The notes beneath the pieces were generated by a model. The model ran no database searches, had not been told where the DNA came from, and was given only the letters and a program-made list of their open reading frames with translations. Of a stretch of 64,000 bases of DNA, positions 8,603 through 18,984 are shown one piece after another. Origin of the DNA: Alphaproteobacteria bacterium (GTDB taxonomy: Bacteria; Pseudomonadota; Alphaproteobacteria; RF32; CAG-239); NCBI GenBank assembly GCA_017961285.1, contig JAGCXO010000036.1, positions 9,277 to 73,276 of the forward strand, written 5' to 3'. The first letter of the stretch is position 1. Each line of letters begins with the position of its first letter. A program made the position numbers and the translations under genes.

Positions 8603-10126
8603 ATGCTTTCACGCACGTATACTGTTGCTTTTAATGGATTGCAGACAATTGAGGTCGAAGTTCAGGTGCAAATTTCGGCCGGTATGCCCGCGTTTACCAT
8701 AGTGGGATTGCCGGATAAAGCGGTTGCCGAAAGCAGAGAAAGAATTAGGGCTGCTTTGTTTTCTTTGGGGATAAAGATGCCGCCGAAGAGAATTACGGTA
8801 AATTTGTCGCCGGCAGATATTTTGAAGGAAGGAACACATTATGACTTGCCTTTAGCCTTGGGGATTTTGGCCGGCATGGGGATTGTCGAGCAAAAACTTT
8901 TGGCAAGATATGTTGTTGTCGGTGAGCTGGGGTTGGATGGAAAAATTGTCAGCGTAAACGGAGTTTTGCCGGCGGCAGTTATGGCGAAAAATGTCGGCAA
9001 AGGTTTTATTTGTCCCGCAGAACAAGGTAGAGAAGCGGTTTGGGCAGAAGGAGATGAAGTTGTTCCGGCCAATAATTTGGAAGAGCTTATAAACTTTTTT
9101 CATGGGGCATTAAAGATTGAAAAGCCGAGTGCGGATATTTCGCAAATAGAAAAATCTCTTGTTGATATGCGCGAAGTAAAAGGTCAGGAGAGTGCAAAAA
9201 GAGCTTTGGAGATTGCGGCGGCAGGCGGACATAATCTGATTATGGTAGGGCCTCCCGGTTCAGGAAAATCTATGTTGGCTGCGAGGTTGCCTTCAATTTT
9301 GCCGCCGATGACCAGAGAAGAGGCTTTGGAAACTACAATGATAGCCTCGATTGCCGGAGAACTTAACGGCAAAAGTTTGATTGTTGACAGACCTTTCAGG
9401 TCGCCGCATCACAGCGCATCGACACCGGCATTGGTAGGCGGCGGACGTCCGGCCAAGCCGGGAGAAATTTCGCTGGCCAATAACGGAGTTTTGTTTTTGG
9501 ATGAATTGCCCGAGTTTTCGCGATCGACTTTGGAGGCTTTGCGTCAACCTCTGGAAACCAGAAAGATAAATATTTCACGGGTTAATTCACATGTTGAATT
9601 TCCGGCAAAGATACAGCTGATAGCGGCAATGAATCCTTGTCGTTGCGGATATTTGGGAAATGCGGCGAGAGAGTGCGCCAGAGCACCGCGTTGCGCGCAG
9701 GAATATCAATCAAAAATTTCCGGTCCTTTGCTTGACAGAATTGATATTCAGATTGAGGTTCCGGCGGTAAGTCCATGGGATATGGCAGCGGCTCCCGAAG
9801 GCGAGCATAGTGAAGAGATTAGAAAGAGGGTTGTGGCGGCGAGAAAAATTCAATATGAGAGGAATTGTAAACTCGGTCATCCGGAGTTATACACAAATTC
9901 TTGCTTAAACGGAGATTTATTGGAGGAGGTTGCGATTATGGACTCGGAGGCGAAAGCCTTGCTAATAGGCTATGCTGACAAAACCAAACTCTCGGCGAGA
10001 GGGTATAATCGCACTTTAAAGTTAGCAAGGACAATTGCGGACTTGCAAAATGAAAATATTTTGCGTAAGATACACATAGCTGAAGCACTATCTTTGAGAT
10101 GGAAAGTGCCGGACTATAAGTTTTAG
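8603..10126 (+). CDS. comM: YifB/ComM family Mg-chelatase-like AAA+ ATPase
   Basis: Lon-like N-terminal domain (GLPDKAVAESRERI), Walker A GPPGSGKS, FLDELPEF, and the C-terminal ARGYNRTLKLARTIADL typical of ComM. Confidence 0.9.
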   Translation: MLSRTYTVAFNGLQTIEVEVQVQISAGMPAFTIVGLPDKAVAESRERIRAALFSLGIKMPPKRITVNLSPADILKEGTHYDLPLALGILAGMGIVEQKLLARYVVVGELGLDGKIVSVNGVLPAAVMAKNVGKGFICPAEQGREAVWAEGDEVVPANNLEELINFFHGALKIEKPSADISQIEKSLVDMREVKGQESAKRALEIAAAGGHNLIMVGPPGSGKSMLAARLPSILPPMTREEALETTMIASIAGELNGKSLIVDRPFRSPHHSASTPALVGGGRPAKPGEISLANNGVLFLDELPEFSRSTLEALRQPLETRKINISRVNSHVEFPAKIQLIAAMNPCRCGYLGNAARECARAPRCAQEYQSKISGPLLDRIDIQIEVPAVSPWDMAAAPEGEHSEEIRKRVVAARKIQYERNCKLGHPELYTNSCLNGDLLEEVAIMDSEAKALLIGYADKTKLSARGYNRTLKLARTIADLQNENILRKIHIAEALSLRWKVPDYKF

Positions 10127-10139
10127 GAGTTTTAGAATA

Positions 10140-12524
10140 ATGTTTAATATCAAGGTAAAAAGTTTGTTTGTTATGGCTTTGCTGCCATTTTTGACATCAG
10201 CAACCGGTGTTTTTGCACAAGATTGTCCTTCTTGCGCGAAGAATGCAAATATCAGGTATGCTGCACCGGTAAGCCAATATTCTCAACGTGAGATTGTCAG
10301 ACCGGTGGTGGAGAATTTTGATTGTGCAAATCCACAGCAGAATTATGCTATGGTTGCTCCGGCACCAATGCCGCAACCGGCAATGGTCAGAAATATGCCG
10401 CAGAAAGTTCAGGTTTTGCCATATGTAGAAAGAAATAACGAGAAAGTTTTGCGTCCGTTAAGCGATAAGGAAGTTGCGCAAAGATTGGGTTCTCCTTCAG
10501 GATATATGGTTAGCGAATCGAGAAATAAAGGACCTAAATATGTTATGTCTTCCGGAACGGAACGTCAAAGAGCTACAGAACCTCATTATCGTGATGGCAG
10601 TATTTTCGGCGGCGGTCCGTGCAAACCATCTGATAAGAACGGTGGAATTTTCGGTGGCGGTTCATGCGGACACTCAAACAAGACAATTTTAGCTTCTGGT
10701 CCTTGCAAGTCTTGCAAAGGAAGCACCATTTTGCCATCCGGTCCTTGCAAAACATGTGCTAAGCCGGCTCCTGTTGCGCTTCCGGCTCCTGTACCGGCAG
10801 CTGCTCCTGCTCCGGTTGTTAGTTGTCCGGATTATTTGGCAACGACTGTTACATATACAAAATTGCCTTGTGTCGGTTCTGTTCGTTGTATGCAACCAAT
10901 GCCAAGACCGGTATGCCCTTGTGCTGTTCCGATGAATTTTGTTCCGACAGCAGCGGCGCCTTGTCCTTGTGTTACTCCTCGTCCGCAACCGGTAAAACCT
11001 GTTCGCGATTGTTCAATGTTTGCGCCGATAAGTATGGAATGGGTTGATTTCAGACTGCAAAGAGGAGTTGGTTCAAAGAGTTATTCTAAGAGCGATGAAG
11101 AACGTCGCTTCAAGATTTTCGGTTGCAGAAGTTCTAATAAGAGTGCAATTTTGAACGAAGGCAGAATCTTGGAAAAAGATATGAACTTTAATGAGATTTT
11201 TGCAGATATGGTTTCTGACTGCTATAAGGTTGTTCCGTCTCAGCAATGTATTGATGAAAATACGGTTTTGCCGGAATATGTTTTGACAGCAGAAATTACC
11301 GATTATTTTATGAATTTGTGCAAAGATAATGCGTGGAGAAAAACAAACAAAGGTCCTCGCGGATCTTCGGAGATGAAAGTTGTATGGCGTTTGATGGATT
11401 TGAGCAAAACAAATGTTTTGTGGAAAGGTGAATCTGTCGGTCACGGCGAACTCGTTGACGGAGATGAAGATGACGAGATGCTTTTGATTCAACGTGCTTT
11501 TGCAGATGCGACTCAAAAGTTGCGTAATTTGCCGGGATTTGAAGACAGATTGTTGCTCAGACTCACTCCGGAAGGAATGAAAAAGCAACGCCAATATTTG
11601 CTCGATGTTCAAAAAATTACCGGCATTTGTGAGCCGTTAGTTATTGAGAATTGCGGCTTGGCTTCTTCGGGCTGCGGTGTTGTTGAGAACTGGGTTGAAG
11701 TGAAAGAAAAACCGGTTGAGACACCGGCGGTAGAAGTTGCGGTTGAAACTCCGGAACCAGAGAAAAAGCCAGTAACTTCAAGCGCTATCTTTGAAGCAGA
11801 TAAGATTTGTATTGTTGAAAGAGAAGATGACGGAACTATCGGTCCTGATAATTTGCCGATGATTAAAAAGTCTGTTGTATCTGTTACCAATGCAAATGGT
11901 GAGAATGGCGTGGGATTGTTGATTTCTGAGCAGTTTGTTATGACTTCGGCGGATTTGGTTGTTAGAGACAACAATCAATATACGGTGAAAACAACTGACG
12001 GAAAAACTTTGGGGGCAAAGGCTTTCAGAGTTAATCCGAGAAGAAATACGGCTCTCTTGGTTCTTAATGAGCAAACAGAATATACTCCGTTGGCTTTGAA
12101 TTTGGAGTTGCCGGCAGTTGACAGAGATTCGTTTTTGTCGGTTGGAAATTTGGTTTTTGAGAATAATGATAAATATTTGCAAAATACATCAAGAATAAGC
12201 AGTTATCGTTATGCTGAAGATGGTGCCGCAGAGATTGTGGTTGATAGTTTTGACTATGGAACGACAATCGGTGCAACTTTGGTTGATGAAAACGGCAAAG
12301 TTGTAGCACTTGCTCATCGTAAGCAACCTCAAAGCGGTGATTTGTTCTTGCCTTTTGAAACGGCGATGAGAAGTTTGGGTGTTGAAATTTGCGGAAAAGA
12401 ATTTCCGGAAGTTGCTCCTAAACCAGAGCCTGAAAAGAAAGTATGGCGTAAACCGGTGGCCGAGTTTATTGATGAGCCGGAGGCAAAAGCTCCGGAGGCT
12501 ATGCCGGTTAAGAACAGAAAATAG
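10140..12524 (+). CDS. large secreted multidomain protein (Cys/Pro-rich N-terminal half, C-terminal trypsin-like module with apparently degenerate triad)
   Basis: Signal peptide MFNIKVKSLFVMALLPFLTSATGVFAQ. Repeated SGPCK-x-C motifs. PAPV-type proline runs. The C-terminal segment GVGLLISEQFVMTSADLV...NTALLVL...GTTIGATLVDENGKVVAL resembles S1/Trypsin_2 blocks. Confidence 0.6.
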   Translation: MFNIKVKSLFVMALLPFLTSATGVFAQDCPSCAKNANIRYAAPVSQYSQREIVRPVVENFDCANPQQNYAMVAPAPMPQPAMVRNMPQKVQVLPYVERNNEKVLRPLSDKEVAQRLGSPSGYMVSESRNKGPKYVMSSGTERQRATEPHYRDGSIFGGGPCKPSDKNGGIFGGGSCGHSNKTILASGPCKSCKGSTILPSGPCKTCAKPAPVALPAPVPAAAPAPVVSCPDYLATTVTYTKLPCVGSVRCMQPMPRPVCPCAVPMNFVPTAAAPCPCVTPRPQPVKPVRDCSMFAPISMEWVDFRLQRGVGSKSYSKSDEERRFKIFGCRSSNKSAILNEGRILEKDMNFNEIFADMVSDCYKVVPSQQCIDENTVLPEYVLTAEITDYFMNLCKDNAWRKTNKGPRGSSEMKVVWRLMDLSKTNVLWKGESVGHGELVDGDEDDEMLLIQRAFADATQKLRNLPGFEDRLLLRLTPEGMKKQRQYLLDVQKITGICEPLVIENCGLASSGCGVVENWVEVKEKPVETPAVEVAVETPEPEKKPVTSSAIFEADKICIVEREDDGTIGPDNLPMIKKSVVSVTNANGENGVGLLISEQFVMTSADLVVRDNNQYTVKTTDGKTLGAKAFRVNPRRNTALLVLNEQTEYTPLALNLELPAVDRDSFLSVGNLVFENNDKYLQNTSRISSYRYAEDGAAEIVVDSFDYGTTIGATLVDENGKVVALAHRKQPQSGDLFLPFETAMRSLGVEICGKEFPEVAPKPEPEKKVWRKPVAEFIDEPEAKAPEAMPVKNRK

Positions 12525-12541
12525 CTGTTGATTAAAGCTTA

Positions 12542-12585
12542 ATCTCCCTCTTTGTCGGATTTGTCATAGAGGGAGATTTTTTTTA
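12542..12585 (+). terminator. intrinsic terminator after the 794-aa gene
   Basis: ATCTCCCTCT-16 nt loop-AGAGGGAGAT followed by T8. Confidence 0.7.
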
Positions 12586-12614
12586 AGAAAAATGTCAAAA
12601 AGAGGGTATGGATT

Positions 12615-13160
12615 ATGAAGCGAGCTATAAATTTTAAATTAAAAAATGGAAGAACAGTTGTTATTAGATGCCTTAAAGATGATGATTATGATGCGGTGAA
12701 AAAATATTATACAGAATTTGATAAAGGACCGAGTGCAAAAATGGTATTTGATTATCCCGGTGCACCGATAGGAACAAAAGAACATTTTATTAAAAAATGG
12801 AGAAATAAAAATAACCTTTGTATTGCCGCTTTTGATGATGATAAAATTATTGGATGTGCTCAGGTTTGTAAAATAATGCCTGATCATCCTTATTCAGGTC
12901 GCAATGCTATAACTGGGACAACTATATTGGAAAAATATACCTCAAACGGGTTGGGGACAAAGTTCAAAGTTATTATTGAAAAGTGGGCTCGAGAAAATAA
13001 TGTTCATAAATTGACCTCTGAAACTTTTCACAATAATATTCGTTCTATCGGCAATTTGATAAAGCAAGGTTATGAAGTTGTTGGAATTTTACATGATGTT
13101 GCTTTTATTGATGGTGAATGGTATCATCAATATAATTTTGAAAAGATATTGGAAAAATAA
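12615..13160 (+). CDS. GNAT-family N-acetyltransferase
   Basis: Size and the acetyl-CoA-binding-like block (LEKYTSNGLGTKFKVIIEKWARENNVHKL) fit the GNAT fold. Confidence 0.7.
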   Translation: MKRAINFKLKNGRTVVIRCLKDDDYDAVKKYYTEFDKGPSAKMVFDYPGAPIGTKEHFIKKWRNKNNLCIAAFDDDKIIGCAQVCKIMPDHPYSGRNAITGTTILEKYTSNGLGTKFKVIIEKWARENNVHKLTSETFHNNIRSIGNLIKQGYEVVGILHDVAFIDGEWYHQYNFEKILEK

Positions 13161-13179
13161 TTTGAGAATTTCAAAATTA

Positions 13180-14985
13180 TTATTCGTCGCCGATACGTAA
13201 AGCCTCGATAAATGCTGATTGAGGAATTTCTACCTTACCAAACTGGCGCATACGTTGTTTGCCTTTCTTTTGCTTATCGAGAAGTTTGCGTTTACGTGTA
13301 ATGTCGCCGCCGTAACATTTTGCAGTAACATCTTTACGCAAAGCTGAAATGGTTTCTCGGGCAATAACTCTGCCGCCGATTGCCGCTTGAATCGGAATTT
13401 TGAACAAATGCCGCGGAATCAAATCTTTTAGGCGTTCGCAAATCTGACGTCCGCGAGATTCGGCTTCCAAACGGTGGCACAAAAAGGCCAAGGCGTCAAC
13501 CGGTTCTTCGTTGATTAAGATTTGCACTTTTACCAAATCGGATTCCTGATAACCGACAATTTCGTAGTCAAAACTAGCATAGCCGCTGGTAATTGATTTT
13601 AAGCGGTCATAAAAATCAAAAACTATTTCGTTTAATGGAATGCGATAAACCGCCATGGCACGAGAGCCTACATAGGTCAATTCTTCTTGTTCGCCACGGC
13701 GCTCGTTGCAAAGTTTCAGAACTGCGCCCAAATATTCATCCGGAACTAAAATAGTGGCTTTTACCATCGGCTCTTCGATAGATGAGACCGTTGACAAATC
13801 CGGCATATCAGCAGGATTATGCAAGGTTATTTGTTTTCCGGAAGTAAGATTGATTTTATAGGCCACAGATGGTGCTGTTGTGATCAAGTCGAGGTCAAAT
13901 TCTCTTCCCAAACGCTCTTGGATAATTTCCATATGCAATAAGCCCAAAAAACCGCAGCGAAAACCGAGCCCCAAGGCGGCGGAATTTTCATTTTGGTAAT
14001 CTATGCTTGCGTCATTGAGTTTTAGTTTGGCCAGAGCATCTTTTAAGTTTTCGTATTGGCTGCTGTCAACCGGAAAAATGGAACAAAATACTACCGGAAC
14101 CGATGGTTTGAAGCCTTGCAAAGCTTCGGCGCATGGTGTTTTGTTATCGGTGATGGTATCGCCGATATGACAATCGCTAACACTTTTTATGCTGGCGGTA
14201 ATAAAGCCGATTTCTCCGGGGTATAAAGCCTCAACATCCTGCATTTTCGGGGTAAAAACGCCGACACGGTCAATTTGGTAGGTGGCATTATTTGACATCA
14301 TTCTTATTTGCATTTTTTTCTTGAGCACACCGTCATGTATGCGCACCAAAATGATAACCCCGAGGTAGCTGTCATACCAACTGTCAATGAGCAAAGCTTT
14401 GAGCGGGGCTTGTTCATTTCCGGTCGGGGCAGGAAGTTTGTTGACAATGGCTTCAAGCAAATCGTGAATTCCGATACCGGTTTTGCCGGAGGTTTCCACC
14501 GCTTCGGAGGCATCAAGCCCGATAACGTCTTCTATTTGTTGTCTGACTTTTTCCGGCTCGGCAGACGGCAAATCTACTTTGTTTAATACAGGCACGATTT
14601 CGTGATTATTATTGATGGCAAGATAAACATTGGCCAAAGTTTGGGCCTCAACCCCCTGTGTGGCATCAACAACCAAAACCGAGCCTTCACACGAGGCCAA
14701 AGAGCGGCTGACTTCATAAGAAAAGTCCACGTGTCCGGGGGTGTCCATAAGGTTTAGTTGATAGGTTTTGCCGTCTTTTGCGGTATAGTTAAGGCGAACG
14801 GTTTGCGCCTTTATGGTTATGCCGCGCTCGCGTTCAATGTCCATAGAATCGAGAACCTGCTCCTGCATTTCACGAGAAGACAGCCCTCCGCAATATTCAA
14901 TGAGCCGGTCGGCAATGGTGGATTTGCCGTGGTCGATGTGGGCAATAATGGCGAAATTGCGTATTAAACTTAAATCTTGAGACAT
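13180..14985 (-). CDS. lepA: translation elongation factor 4 (LepA)
   Basis: [34 protein letters not shown] and the LepA-specific C-terminal domain ([23 protein letters not shown]). Confidence 0.97.
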   Translation of the reverse strand: MSQDLSLIRNFAIIAHIDHGKSTIADRLIEYCGGLSSREMQEQVLDSMDIERERGITIKAQTVRLNYTAKDGKTYQLNLMDTPGHVDFSYEVSRSLASCEGSVLVVDATQGVEAQTLANVYLAINNNHEIVPVLNKVDLPSAEPEKVRQQIEDVIGLDASEAVETSGKTGIGIHDLLEAIVNKLPAPTGNEQAPLKALLIDSWYDSYLGVIILVRIHDGVLKKKMQIRMMSNNATYQIDRVGVFTPKMQDVEALYPGEIGFITASIKSVSDCHIGDTITDNKTPCAEALQGFKPSVPVVFCSIFPVDSSQYENLKDALAKLKLNDASIDYQNENSAALGLGFRCGFLGLLHMEIIQERLGREFDLDLITTAPSVAYKINLTSGKQITLHNPADMPDLSTVSSIEEPMVKATILVPDEYLGAVLKLCNERRGEQEELTYVGSRAMAVYRIPLNEIVFDFYDRLKSITSGYASFDYEIVGYQESDLVKVQILINEEPVDALAFLCHRLEAESRGRQICERLKDLIPRHLFKIPIQAAIGGRVIARETISALRKDVTAKCYGGDITRKRKLLDKQKKGKQRMRQFGKVEIPQSAFIEALRIGDE

Positions 14986-15131
14986 TTTTTATCCGAAAAA
15001 AATTTTACTTTCATCTATAAATAAAGGAAAAAATTGTTTTAGGCAATAGGTTTAGATAATATATTATTGATTATAATTATATAATGTGGTATATAATTAT
15101 ATATAGTCTGTTTTATGCCGAGGAGGGAATT

Positions 15132-15569
15132 ATGAGAAAAGTTATTGATGTAGATTTCGGTTCAGCCAAATATGATGAGTTGGTAGAGCTGCGTTATAAG
15201 GTTTTGCTGGAGCCCCTTGGCTTGAAGTTTTTGGACAGTTTTCGTGATAATGAAATGACATATTTGCATATTGCCTGCGTGGATAGTTTGGATGAAAAAA
15301 TTGTCGGCGGGTTGATGATGGTGCCGTTGAACGACAAAGAAATCAGAATGATGCAGGTTGCCGTTGATGAAAAGTATCAAAGAGAAGGTGTCGGGCACCA
15401 GTTGGTTGAGTATGCTGTGAAAAAGGCTAAATCAGCAGGTTTTTCAAAGTTGGTTATGCATGCAATGCTTTCGGTTGTCAGTTTTTATGAAAAACTTGGC
15501 TTTAAGCCCGAAGGAGATATTTTTGATGAAGGCGGTATCACTTTTGTTAAGATGGTAAAAAATATTTAG
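15132..15569 (+). CDS. GNAT-family N-acetyltransferase
   Basis: The ATG is preceded by GAGGAGGG. The QVAVDEKYQREGVGHQLVEYAVKKAK block is typical of GNAT motif A. Confidence 0.75.
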   Translation: MRKVIDVDFGSAKYDELVELRYKVLLEPLGLKFLDSFRDNEMTYLHIACVDSLDEKIVGGLMMVPLNDKEIRMMQVAVDEKYQREGVGHQLVEYAVKKAKSAGFSKLVMHAMLSVVSFYEKLGFKPEGDIFDEGGITFVKMVKNI

Positions 15570-15584
15570 CTGTGAGTATACCAA

Positions 15585-16298
15585 ATGGCTGACAAAACTT
15601 TTGAAGACTATAAAAAACAGTTTAACGATTTTAGAGAACATAAAAATCCCGGCGCTAATTTGGTTGAAATATCAAAAGGGATGCGCGAGACTTTTCCGAA
15701 AAATCCGGAACTGCGCGATTATTTTCATATTTGTTATGCATATTGGAGCCGTGCCGAGCTTCCGATGGAAGCGGACGACAGAATTTATTGGGGCGAAAAA
15801 ATAAAACAGGCTTTTCGTCGGGTTGATAAATTGGCGCCCGAATGTCAAGATAAAAACAGGCTCAATTTGCTCAGAATGGGATGGAATGCCCAGTTGCCAA
15901 CAGAAGTGTTATACAGAATGGCTAATAAAGCCGAAAAAGATTCTGCTCCCGATTTTGCGGAAAAAGGTGAGATTACAAAAATAAAATATCAAATGGCGAG
16001 CCGATATTTTGCCGATGTGATGAAAGAGGCAGAAAAAGAGACTAATTATCAAAAAGAGCTCTCAATATATAAAAAGGCTTACAATGTGTTGTTTGATGTG
16101 AAGCCGAGTGCCAGGATGGAAACTTATAATTTTTTGAAGGGGAAACTCAGAAATTATTATAATCGTTCCGAATGGGGAAGATATGAGGGCGGAAGATATA
16201 TAGCCTCTATGGGGCAGAAAATTATGAATAGTTTGCCAAAAGAGATTAGAACGGCAATAATAAGAAATGCCAGTTGGGGCAGAGGGGAACGCAGTTGA
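15585..16298 (+). CDS. hypothetical protein
   Basis: 237-codon ORF 15 nt after the GNAT gene. No family recognised. Confidence 0.45.
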   Translation: MADKTFEDYKKQFNDFREHKNPGANLVEISKGMRETFPKNPELRDYFHICYAYWSRAELPMEADDRIYWGEKIKQAFRRVDKLAPECQDKNRLNLLRMGWNAQLPTEVLYRMANKAEKDSAPDFAEKGEITKIKYQMASRYFADVMKEAEKETNYQKELSIYKKAYNVLFDVKPSARMETYNFLKGKLRNYYNRSEWGRYEGGRYIASMGQKIMNSLPKEIRTAIIRNASWGRGERS

Positions 16299-16328
16299 GA
16301 AAAAAGGCGCCGAATGGCGCTTTTTTTT
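16299..16328. terminator. bidirectional terminator between the hypothetical gene and ettA
   Basis: A-run, GCGCC-gaat-GGCGC, then T-run. It abuts the ettA stop codon. Confidence 0.55.
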
Positions 16329-18009
16329 ATTTTCTAATCAGCGGTTTATATCTGATGGCGTGCGGATTGCAGGCATCGTCACCGAGGCGGGCGCGCTTGT
16401 CTTTTTCATATTCCTCAAAATTGCCCTCAAACCAAACAACCTTGCTGTCGCCCTCATAGGCCAAAATATGGGTTGCCAAGCGGTCCAAAAACCAGCGGTC
16501 GTGCGAGGTTACCAAAACACAGCCCGGATAATTCATAATGCCTTCTTCGAGTGAGCGTAAGGTATCAACATCCAAATCGTTGGTAGGCTCATCAAGCAGA
16601 ATTACATTGGCTCCCTTGCGCAACATTTTTGCAAGGTGAACGCGGTTGCGCTCGCCGCCGGAAAGCTGGCCGACCTTTTTCTGCTGGTCAGTGCCCTTAA
16701 AGTTGAACTGTCCGACATAGGCGCGGGAAGGAACTTCTTTTTTGCCCAAGGTAATCATATCCAATCCGTCGGAAATCTCTTGCCAAACGGTTTTGTCGGG
16801 ATTGAGCTCATCACGGGCTTGGTCAACATAGCCCAAATCGACGGTGTCGCCAAGGCGGATTGTGCCGGAATCGGGTTTTTCTTGTCCGGTAATCATTCTG
16901 AATAAAGTGGTTTTTCCGGCGCCGTTAGGACCGATAATACCAACAATTGCGCCTCTGGGGATTTTGAATGACAAGTCGTCAATCAACATTCTGTCGCCAT
17001 AGCCTTTGGAGATATGTTCGGCCTCAATTACCAAATCGCCCAAGCGCTCGGTCATCGGAATATTGATGGTGGCGGTGGTGATTTTGTCTTTGGTTGCGGC
17101 TTGCAAAAGTTCGTCATAAGCATTGATTCTGGCTTTTGATTTTGCCTGTCTGGCTTTGGGATTTTTTCTAATCCATTCCAATTCGTTGGCCAAAGTGCGT
17201 TGACGTGCTGATTCTTCATTTTCTTCTTGTTCAAGACGTTTTTGCTTTTGTTCCAGCCAAGAAGAATAGTTGCCTTCATAGGGGATTCCCTGTCCGCGGT
17301 CAAGTTCCAAAATCCAGCCGGTTACATTGTCCAAGAAATAGCGGTCGTGGGTAACCATAACCACGGTGCCGTTGTAGTTTTGCAGGTGTTTTTCAAGCCA
17401 TGCTACCGACTCAGCATCCAAGTGGTTGGTCGGTTCGTCCAAGAGCAACATATCAGGTTTTTGCAACAAGAGGCGACACAAGGCAACGCGGCGCTTTTCA
17501 CCGCCGGAAAGTTTGGTTACATCACTGTCAGCCGGCGGGCAACGGAGAGCATCCATGGCAATTTGAATATTGCGCTCAATATCCCAACCGTTGCAGGCAT
17601 CAATTTGTTCTTGCAGATTGGCCTGTTCTTCGATAAGAGCATTCATCTCGTCGTCGCTCATAGGCTCGGCAAAACGGGCGGAAACTTCTTCGAACTTTTT
17701 GAGCAAATCGCGGGTTTCACCAAGTCCGTCCATAATATTTTCCATAACATTTTTGTTGGGATCAAGTTGCGGCTCTTGTTCCAAATATCCGACCTTAACT
17801 CCTTCGGCTGCCCATGCTTCGCCGTTAAAATCTTTGTCAACACCGGCCATAATTTTGAGCAAAGTTGATTTTCCGGCGCCGTTAACACCCAAAACGCCGA
17901 TTTTGGCATTGGGTAGAAATGACAGAGTTATTCCTTTAAAAAGTTCTTTACCTCCGGGGAAAGACTTTGAAAGATTTTGCATTACATAGACATATTGGTA
18001 AGCGGCCAT
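16327..18009 (-). CDS. ettA: energy-dependent translational throttle protein EttA (ABC-F ATPase)
   Basis: Two ABC cassettes ([20 protein letters not shown]; [20 protein letters not shown]). The N-terminus [18 protein letters not shown] is typical of EttA. 560 aa. Confidence 0.95.
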   Translation of the reverse strand: MAAYQYVYVMQNLSKSFPGGKELFKGITLSFLPNAKIGVLGVNGAGKSTLLKIMAGVDKDFNGEAWAAEGVKVGYLEQEPQLDPNKNVMENIMDGLGETRDLLKKFEEVSARFAEPMSDDEMNALIEEQANLQEQIDACNGWDIERNIQIAMDALRCPPADSDVTKLSGGEKRRVALCRLLLQKPDMLLLDEPTNHLDAESVAWLEKHLQNYNGTVVMVTHDRYFLDNVTGWILELDRGQGIPYEGNYSSWLEQKQKRLEQEENEESARQRTLANELEWIRKNPKARQAKSKARINAYDELLQAATKDKITTATINIPMTERLGDLVIEAEHISKGYGDRMLIDDLSFKIPRGAIVGIIGPNGAGKTTLFRMITGQEKPDSGTIRLGDTVDLGYVDQARDELNPDKTVWQEISDGLDMITLGKKEVPSRAYVGQFNFKGTDQQKKVGQLSGGERNRVHLAKMLRKGANVILLDEPTNDLDVDTLRSLEEGIMNYPGCVLVTSHDRWFLDRLATHILAYEGDSKVVWFEGNFEEYEKDKRARLGDDACNPHAIRYKPLIRK

Positions 18010-18018
18010 TTTTTGCTC

Positions 18019-18585
18019 CTATTGATTGCGCAGATGTTTGAGAATGTTAGTGTTTTCAGGCAAAACGGGGTTTCCGTCCGGAGTGACGGCATATTTTTTC
18101 CTGCCTTTGCTTTTTGTTTTGGCATTGTTATAAATTTTTAGCGCTTGTTTGCGGTTTTGGTTTTCGTCATCTTTCAGCACTGTGGCATCATAAGGGTGGC
18201 GCGGATGATATACCTTGCCGTCATACATTTTGAGAGTGCCGTCGGCATAGAGAATGGTTTTGAAAATTTTTTGGTTATTAAAACGAGCGTTCAGTTCGTC
18301 GCAATTATACAGGCCGTCTGATTGCTTGGCTAAAAAAGCATCGGCTTTGGAAGAGTTGTATGCGCGCATTCCTTCTTCTTGGTTTTGGTCACTGACGGCT
18401 TTGGTTATCAAAATGGCGCGAGCAAGCATTTCAAAAGTGGAATATCGGGCGGCACCACATGCCAAACCTGTGCCCGAGACATAGCCGAGAGCATTCATCT
18501 CTTCAATATAAGAAGGAGTGATGCTGTTTTCAGCATGGGCAGAAAAGGCGATAATGCTGAATATCAATATTAAAAACTTGTTCAT
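18019..18585 (-). CDS. hypothetical secreted protein
   Basis: Signal peptide MNKFLILIFSIIAFSAHA. It ends 9 nt before the ettA start. No family recognised. Confidence 0.5.
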   Translation of the reverse strand: MNKFLILIFSIIAFSAHAENSITPSYIEEMNALGYVSGTGLACGAARYSTFEMLARAILITKAVSDQNQEEGMRAYNSSKADAFLAKQSDGLYNCDELNARFNNQKIFKTILYADGTLKMYDGKVYHPRHPYDATVLKDDENQNRKQALKIYNNAKTKSKGRKKYAVTPDGNPVLPENTNILKHLRNQ

Positions 18586-18670
18586 GACTAATCCTCGTTT
18601 TTATCTTGTGCTATCGATTATATGAAAAATATTTTACTTTGCAACAAATTAGTAAACAAAGTAGCAGAAA

Positions 18671-18707
18671 CAAAAAAGGGAAAAATCAGCATAATTTTTC
18701 CCTTTTT
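18671..18707 (-). terminator. intrinsic terminator downstream of rpmJ
   Basis: Perfect 9-bp stem GGGAAAAAT/ATTTTTCCC flanked by A and T runs. Confidence 0.6.
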
Positions 18708-18743
18708 GAAATCTTTGCTCCAAATGAGCTGTTGCAGGCGTTT

Positions 18744-18869
18744 TTATCCTTGGCAAGCTTTGAACTTGGGGTTTTTCTTATTGATGACAAAAACGCGACC
18801 TTTGCGACGAACGATTTTGCAATCTTTGTCGCGGTTTTTCTTTGATTTTAACGAACTAAACAATTTCAT
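18744..18869 (-). CDS. rpmJ: 50S ribosomal protein L36 (zinc-less, YkgO-like type)
   Basis: Not in the supplied ORF track because it is only 41 codons. My translation is [41 protein letters not shown], which matches the alphaproteobacterial L36 pattern (..RRKGRV..IN..NP.FKA.QG). AAGGAAA lies upstream of the ATG. Confidence 0.85.
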   Translation of the reverse strand: MKLFSSLKSKKNRDKDCKIVRRKGRVFVINKKNPKFKACQG

Positions 18870-18901
18870 AACACATTTCCTTTTTTGCGATATTTTGTTG
18901 C

Positions 18902-18930
18902 AACTTATGATAAAAGCTTATATTTGTCAA
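18902..18930 (-). promoter_or_regulatory. candidate sigma-70 promoter for rpmJ
   Basis: On the minus strand: TTGACA, 17-nt spacer, TAAGTT, about 30 nt upstream of the rpmJ ATG. Confidence 0.35.
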
Positions 18931-18984
18931 CCAAATTTTTAAATCATGTCTATTTTTTTGCGGAAAGCAAAAACAGTGATGATG

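Noticed and set aside
12615-15569. Two GNAT acetyltransferases flank lepA, raising the possibility of GNAT-type toxins.
   Set aside because: Neither has a small RHH/DUF1778-type antitoxin gene adjacent. Their flanking of lepA is probably coincidental.
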